A stretch of DNA of 64,000 nt. Source: Euglena gracilis (lineage: Eukaryota). The position numbers and the translations under genes were made by a program. Positions 58,487 to 64,000 of this stretch are shown here, piece after piece. The DNA lies in NCBI GenBank assembly GCA_039621445.1, contig CP154954.1, forward strand, positions 46,913,847 to 46,977,846. The letters run 5' to 3'. Within the stretch, counting starts at the first letter, position 1; every line of letters begins with the position of its first letter. The notes beneath the pieces were generated by a model that was not told the DNA's origin, made no database searches, and saw only the letters and a program-made list of their open reading frames with translations.

Positions 58487-59752
58487 TAACAAAATCCCTT
58501 TGCTGCCGGACCGTTTTGTGTGCATGCGCAATCAGACACCCATTGTCGGAGGGCGCCTTCGGCGCCCTTGGTCGTCTAGCGGGGGGGGGGGGGGGGGGGG
58601 GGCTGCCGCCCCCCCCCCGCACCCCCCCGCCCCCCAATAACAAAATCCCTTTGCTGCCGGATCGTTTTGTGTGCATGTGCAATCAGACAGCCATTGTCGG
58701 AGGGCGCCCTTGGTCGTCTAGCGGGGGGGGCTGCCGCCCCCCCCGCACCCCCCCTGCCCCCCAATAACAAAATCCTTTTGCTGCCGGACCGTTTTGTGTG
58801 CATGCGCAATCAGACACCCATTGTCGAAGTTCGCCTTCGGCGCCCTTGGTCGTCTAGCGGGGGGGGCTGCCGCCTCCCCCCCCCCACCCCCCCCCCCCCC
58901 CCCAATAACAAAATCCCTTTGCTGCCGGATCGTTTTCGTTTGTGTGCATGCGCAATCAGACAGCCATTGTCGGAGGGCGCCTTCGGCGCCCTTGGTCGTC
59001 TAGCGGGGGGGGGGGGCTGCCGCCCCCCCCGCCCAGCCCCCCAATAACAAAAGCCCTTTGCTGCCGGACCGTTTTGTGTGCATGCGCAATCAGACACCCA
59101 TTGTCGAAGGGCGCCTTCGGCGCCCTTGGTCGTCTAGCGGGGGGGGCTGCCGCCCCCCCCCCCCGCACCCCCCCGCCCCCCAATAACAAAATCCCTTTGC
59201 TGCCGGATCGTTTTCGTTTTGTGCATGCGCAATCAGACAGCCATTGTCGGAGGGCGCCTTCGGCGCCCTTGGTCGTCTAGCGGGGGGGGGGGGGGGCTGC
59301 CGCCCCCCCCCCCCCCCCCGCTTCCCCATAACAAAATCCCTTTGGTGCCGGACCGTTTTGTGTGCAGGCGCAATCACACCCCCATTGTCGAAGGGCGCCT
59401 TCGGCGCCCTTGGTCGTCTAGCGGGGGGGGGGCTGCCGCCCCCCCCCCCCCGCACCCCCCCCCGCCCCCCAATTACAAAATCCCTTTGCTTCCGGACCGT
59501 TTTGTCTAAGGGGGGGGGGGTGAAACTTTTTTTTCAAGGGGGGGGGGGGCGTTTGGTCAATTAGGGGGGGTTCAATTAGGGGGGGGGTAACAAAATCCCT
59601 TTGCTGCTGGACTGTTTTGCGAGCATGCGCAATCACACGCCCATTGTCAGCGGGCCCTTTCGGCGCCCTTGGTCGTCTAGCGGGGGGGGGGGGGCTGCCG
59701 CCCCCCCCCCCGCACCCCCCCCCCGCCCCCCAATAACAAAATCCCTTTGCTG
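58487..59752 (+). repeat. Tandem satellite, about 9 units of 125-145 bp
   Basis: Units begin TAACAAAATCCCTTTGCTGCCGGA; length varies mainly in the G/C homopolymers. Confidence 0.9.
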
Positions 59753-59941
59753 CCTAACCCCAACCCTAACCCTAAACCTAACCCTAACCTTGAACGTAAC
59801 CCGAACCCTAACCCTAAACCAAACCCTAACCTTAAACGTAACCTGAACCCTAACCCCAACCCTAACCCGAAACCCTGACCCTGACCCTATACCAAACCCT
59901 AATCCGAACCCTGACCCAAACCCTAACCCCAACCCTGACCC
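59753..59941 (-). repeat. Degenerate interstitial telomeric tract (CCCTAA)n
   Basis: About 30 hexamers: CCCTAA, CCCTGA, CCCCAA and other variants. Confidence 0.85.
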
Positions 59942-60379
59942 AGTTTGTAGGTATGTGCAAAGACAATGTTTTCCCCAAAAGTGGCCCAAAATGGGCATTT
60001 TGCCCCCAAGTTTTTGCATATTCACCCCCGATTGGGGGGTTTTGGAGCCATTTAAGTGGGTTTTGACTGGTTTTGGGGTGATTTGGACATAAATTTTTTT
60101 CAGGAGGGGGCTTAAATTTCAAAAAGGGGGGGGGGTAGTGCGGATAATTGTGTTTCCTACCGACCAGGTCGGCCCGACCCAACAGGTCGGGCCGACCCGC
60201 AATTTGGTCACCCGCGATTTTCCGACCGGGGCCGGTCAGTACCGCCGACATTTAAGTCCCCCTGAAGAAAATCCCATGCAAACAAGTCGGTGGCTGGTCG
60301 GTGGTTATAAACATGGTCTGTGGCGGGCCCAAATCACCCGGAAATGGTCCGGATGGGTCCAAATAAGTGTCTTACCCCC

Positions 60380-61272
60380 CCCCCCCTAGTTGTACGACCA
60401 CCCCTCATTTACGACCACCCCCTGGTCACAGGTTGCAGGTCATGGGGTGTTATGACCACCCCCCCCCGGTCACAGGTTGCAGGTTACGAAAATTTTAACA
60501 CCACTTCATCTATGACCGCCCCCGCATTTACGACCACCCCCCGGTCACAGGTTGCAGGTTATGGGGGTGTTACGACCACCCCCCCCCCCGGTCACAGGTT
60601 GCAGGAACCCGGTCGTACGACTAGGGGGGGGGTACGCCTAAATAAACACCCCCAGATGGAAATCTTTGGTCGGTGGGGGGTCGGTGGACCCTTGATGGGG
60701 GCCCGGAGGGGTAAAAAAACAATGATGAAACAGGGATTACATGAAAATCCTTTAGAAATGCAAGCATTCTGCATCACGAGAGGCAGGAAACTCCTCCCTC
60801 CACCCCCATCCGAACGTCAAATAACAAAATCCCTTCTGAGTTGGCAGCATGCTTGGGGGAGAAGTTGTTTTTGTGGCTCACTTTTTCATAGGGGGGGGGG
60901 GGGCTCTGCCTCCCCAGCACACCCCCCCCCCCTCAAATAACAAAATCCCCTCTATGTTGGCAATATACTTGGAGGGCTAAATCCTTTTTGTGCAAAATTT
61001 TGCAATTACCCCCCCTCCCCTAGTCGTACGACCACCCCTCATTTATGACCACCCCCCGGTCACAGGTTGCAGGTCATGGGGGTGTTATGACCACCCCCCC
61101 CCCCGGTCACAGGTTGCAGGTTGCGAAAAATTTTAACACCACCTTACCTATGACCGCCACCTCATTTACGACCACCCCCCGGTCACAGGTTGCAGGTTAT
61201 GGGGGTGCTATGACCACCCCCCCCCCCGGTCACAGGTTGCAGGAACCCGGTCGTACGACTAGGGGAGGGGGG
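60380..61272. mobile_element. Two copies (~60380-60632 and ~61010-61272) of a MITE with GGTCACAGGTTGCAGG internal repeats
   Basis: C(n)TAGTYGTACGAC...GTCGTACGACTAG(n) termini, four internal repeats each. Confidence 0.75.
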
Positions 61273-63242
61273 GGTATATTGAAAATCCAATGGGGAGTGG
61301 TGTTCTTTTGCCAAAAGTGGCCCAAAATGGGCATTCCCCCCCCCAAGTTTTTGCATATTCACCCCCGATTGGTGGGTTCTGGAGCCATTTAAGTGGGTTT
61401 TGACTGGTTTTGGGGTGATTTGGACAAAAAAATTTCAGGGGGGGGTTTAAGTTTCCAGAAGGGGGGGGGGTAGTGCAAAAAAATGGTGGTCGGGCCGACC
61501 AGGTCGGCCCGACCACCACAGGTCGAACATGGTCGGCCCGACCATTGGTCGGGCCGACCACCACAGCGACCACCACCGGAAATCTGCTCGGGGCCAGGGG
61601 GGGGGGTCTTAGATTTCCAAAAAAAGGGGGGTAATGTGGTTGATTGGAGGTCGATAAGCCATAGCCAACGGTCGGCCCGACCTAGGTCGGTACGACCTCC
61701 CGGATCGTCATAGCCAATCATCCGCACGGAGCCGAAAAAACCACCTCTGAAAGAAAAGAAATACACCCCCCTGAAGCAAGGATGACAAGCTGTTTTGAAA
61801 CAACCAGGTTTTCGACGTGATTTTTTTTGCAAAGAAACACAGGGGTTTCGACCAAAACACCGTTTTTTGAACACGTTTTTTTCTTTATATTTTTGGGTGA
61901 TCATGTTTTCCGTCGAGTAAAACAAAAAATAACATCTCTGCCCTGAGCATAATTTTTGCACCCTACCACCCAATTTTTGTTGAAACCGTGTATTGGGGCT
62001 CTGGCTTCACGCCCGAACCGGCGTTCTGGACGCCGGTTCGGCGCAGAAATTTCTGCGCCGAACCGGTGTCCAGAACGCCGGTTCGGGCGGGAAAACGGCG
62101 TCCTGGGGACCGAAAATGAAAAGTGCCAAAAAAGTGTCCAAATGGTTTGTAGACATGAGGCAATCATATCTGAGCACTTTTTGGGGGGTATTTGCCAGAA
62201 ATTGGGGTATTTTGTGCAACAATTTCCATTCGGCCAAATCTGGGGATTTTCTGAAATAGAATACCATGCAGCAGGGCTGAAATCTAAGGCCATCTAAAAC
62301 CCTTGAGAAGGGTTATGATCAAGGGGCAACATGGCAGGTGAACAGTGGATTTTGGAATTTGCGAAAAGGGTCCAAAAATCGTAATTCTGAAAAAACCCAA
62401 GGGGAGCTAAAATTTCCTAACCATAATTCTGAAAAACCCAGGGGAGGGTCCAACCAATTTTGAAGGGGGGTCCAGCCAAAATTTCCCAACCGTACTTCTG
62501 AAAAAACCCTACGGGGGGCTCCAGCCAATTTTTTTTTCAACCGTGTTTGTGAAGAAACCCAGCCAAAATTTCTGAACCGGAATTCTGAAAAAAGGGGGGA
62601 TCAAATCCCAACCATAATTCTGGAAAAAAAACCAGCGGGGTCCAACCGAAAATTCGGCATTGCAAATCTGAAAAAATCTGGGGGGGGTCCAGCCAAAATT
62701 TCCCAACTGTGATTCTGAAAAAACCTAGGGGTGGTCCAACCAAAAAAATTTTCCAAATCGTAATTCTGAAAAAAAACCTTTCGATTGATGGGTAACCTGG
62801 CATCAGACGGATGAAAACTTCAATCGGCCGATCGACATGGCCATGAGCCCAAAGGATCCCAAAAATGCCCAAAAATGTTCAGAAACTGGGTATTTAGGGC
62901 GAAATTGGCCTTTATTCCTTGAACGCCGGTTCGGGCGTGAAGCCAGAGCCCCTAATCCACGGTTTCAACAACTGTGTCCACGCCGGTTCGGGTGTGAAGC
63001 CGTGTTCCAGAACACGGCTTCACGCCCGAACCGGCGTTCTGGACACAGTTTTCGTATCAGATTATTCAGGGATGGATTCACAGGCACAGTCTAAGTTTGC
63101 TCCAAGAAATAGGCCATTTTTGTCACACAGCTGTAATGACAACGTTTGAAACCACCGATGGATGATTTTTCTCATCACGACAGAACCAGCGTCCGCCACC
63201 CCTTTTCTTAAGCTAGCGTTTTTGGGACGCCAGTTCCACAAC

Positions 63243-63865
63243 CAGGCATTTGCTTAAGGGATTGCAGTACCCGGGGGTGCTGGACTACAGCTAGTCCAAA
63301 TTTTGCTACCCCCCCCCCCCCGGAAACTGTCACCTGACAGGTTGGCCAGTACCAGGGACCCTGACAACTTCCTATCATGACAGGTTGGCCGGTACCAGGG
63401 ACCCTGACAGTTTCCCGGGCGGGACCCTGACAGTTTCCCCGGTAGGGCATGTCAATGGAAAGCCAATGAAAAATGACCCTGACAGGTTGGCCGGTACCGG
63501 GGACCCTGACAACTTCTTATACTGCAGGTTGGCCGGTACCGGGGACCCTGACAGGTTCTCAGGCATGACAGTCTCCCGGGGGGGGGGGTGGAATTTCTAG
63601 CAGACCCCCCCGGGGGGGGGGGGGTCTGCTAGCAGGGCTAGCTAGTGAGAAAAAAATTTTGGGGCCCCCAAAAATGGCCAAAAAATGCCCGTTTTTTTGG
63701 CCATTTTTTGGGAATTTTTGGAACAAAATCAGCCAAAAACCTATTAAAAACCTCATTTTTCCAGTTTGGGTGGACCCCCGGACCCCCCCCCCCCGGGGGG
63801 GTCTAGCTAGTCCATTTTTTCCAGTGTCCACCCGATTGGCTAGCCAGTACCCCCCCGGGGTCCTT
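63243..63865. mobile_element. Copy of the 2689-3092 MITE family with an internal ~28-bp tandem repeat
   Basis: CAGGCATTTGCTTAAGG terminus; repeated GACAGGTTGGCCGGTACC(A/G)GGGACCCTGA at 63330-63570. Confidence 0.75.
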
Positions 63866-64000
63866 TATATCAAGAATTGTGTCTTAAACGCAGACTCTGA
63901 CCCGAGTCTGCGTTTAAGACGCAGTTATTTAAGGCTGTGTTTATAAAGCAACATGGCTTTGGTCAAAGTCTGTGTTTCTCAACCTCGATGACGGATGGCA

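Noticed and set aside
58487-59752. CRISPR-like repeat/spacer appearance (also 6935-7075 and 63330-63570)
   Set aside because: The intervening sequences are themselves repeated, no cas genes are present, and the context is eukaryotic.
59753-59941. True chromosome end
   Set aside because: Short, degenerate, and followed by 4 kb of further sequence.
50356-63060. One 12.7-kb element with long terminal inverted repeats
   Set aside because: The left copy has its own TIR pair, the two copies are clearly diverged and there is no TSD; dispersed family members are more likely.

Overview
Repeat-dense eukaryotic nuclear DNA, most likely from a euglenid (Euglena-like). This is inferred from genes that mix GT/GC-AG introns with euglenid-type nonconventional introns (Y|RnnCAR...YTGnnnnN|, with paired ends) and from TTAGGG repeats. 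The window holds: (1) a ~21 kb, many-exon gene for a low-complexity Pro/Arg/Ser-rich protein (+); (2) a 22-39 kb cluster of decayed DIRS1-type tyrosine-recombinase retrotransposons (gag, RT, RNase H, adenine methyltransferase, YR; ITR/ICR termini); (3) a near-identical ~307-bp tandem array of CCA-ending, D-arm-less tRNA-like modules inserted into a MITE; (4) a 9-exon, 4-RRM PTB/hnRNP-L-like gene (-) head-to-head with a 3-exon Alba-family gene (+); (5) many hAT-like MITEs (CAG...CTG TIRs, 8-bp TSDs), satellites and interstitial telomeric tracts. Two signals stand out. The first is a visible continuum from hAT MITEs to nonconventional introns, whose 3+5 nt geometry removes exactly one 8-bp TSD. 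The second is the tRNA-like array. All gene models and coordinates were derived by hand and may be off by a few bases; most entries in the ORF track are artefacts of GC-rich repeats.
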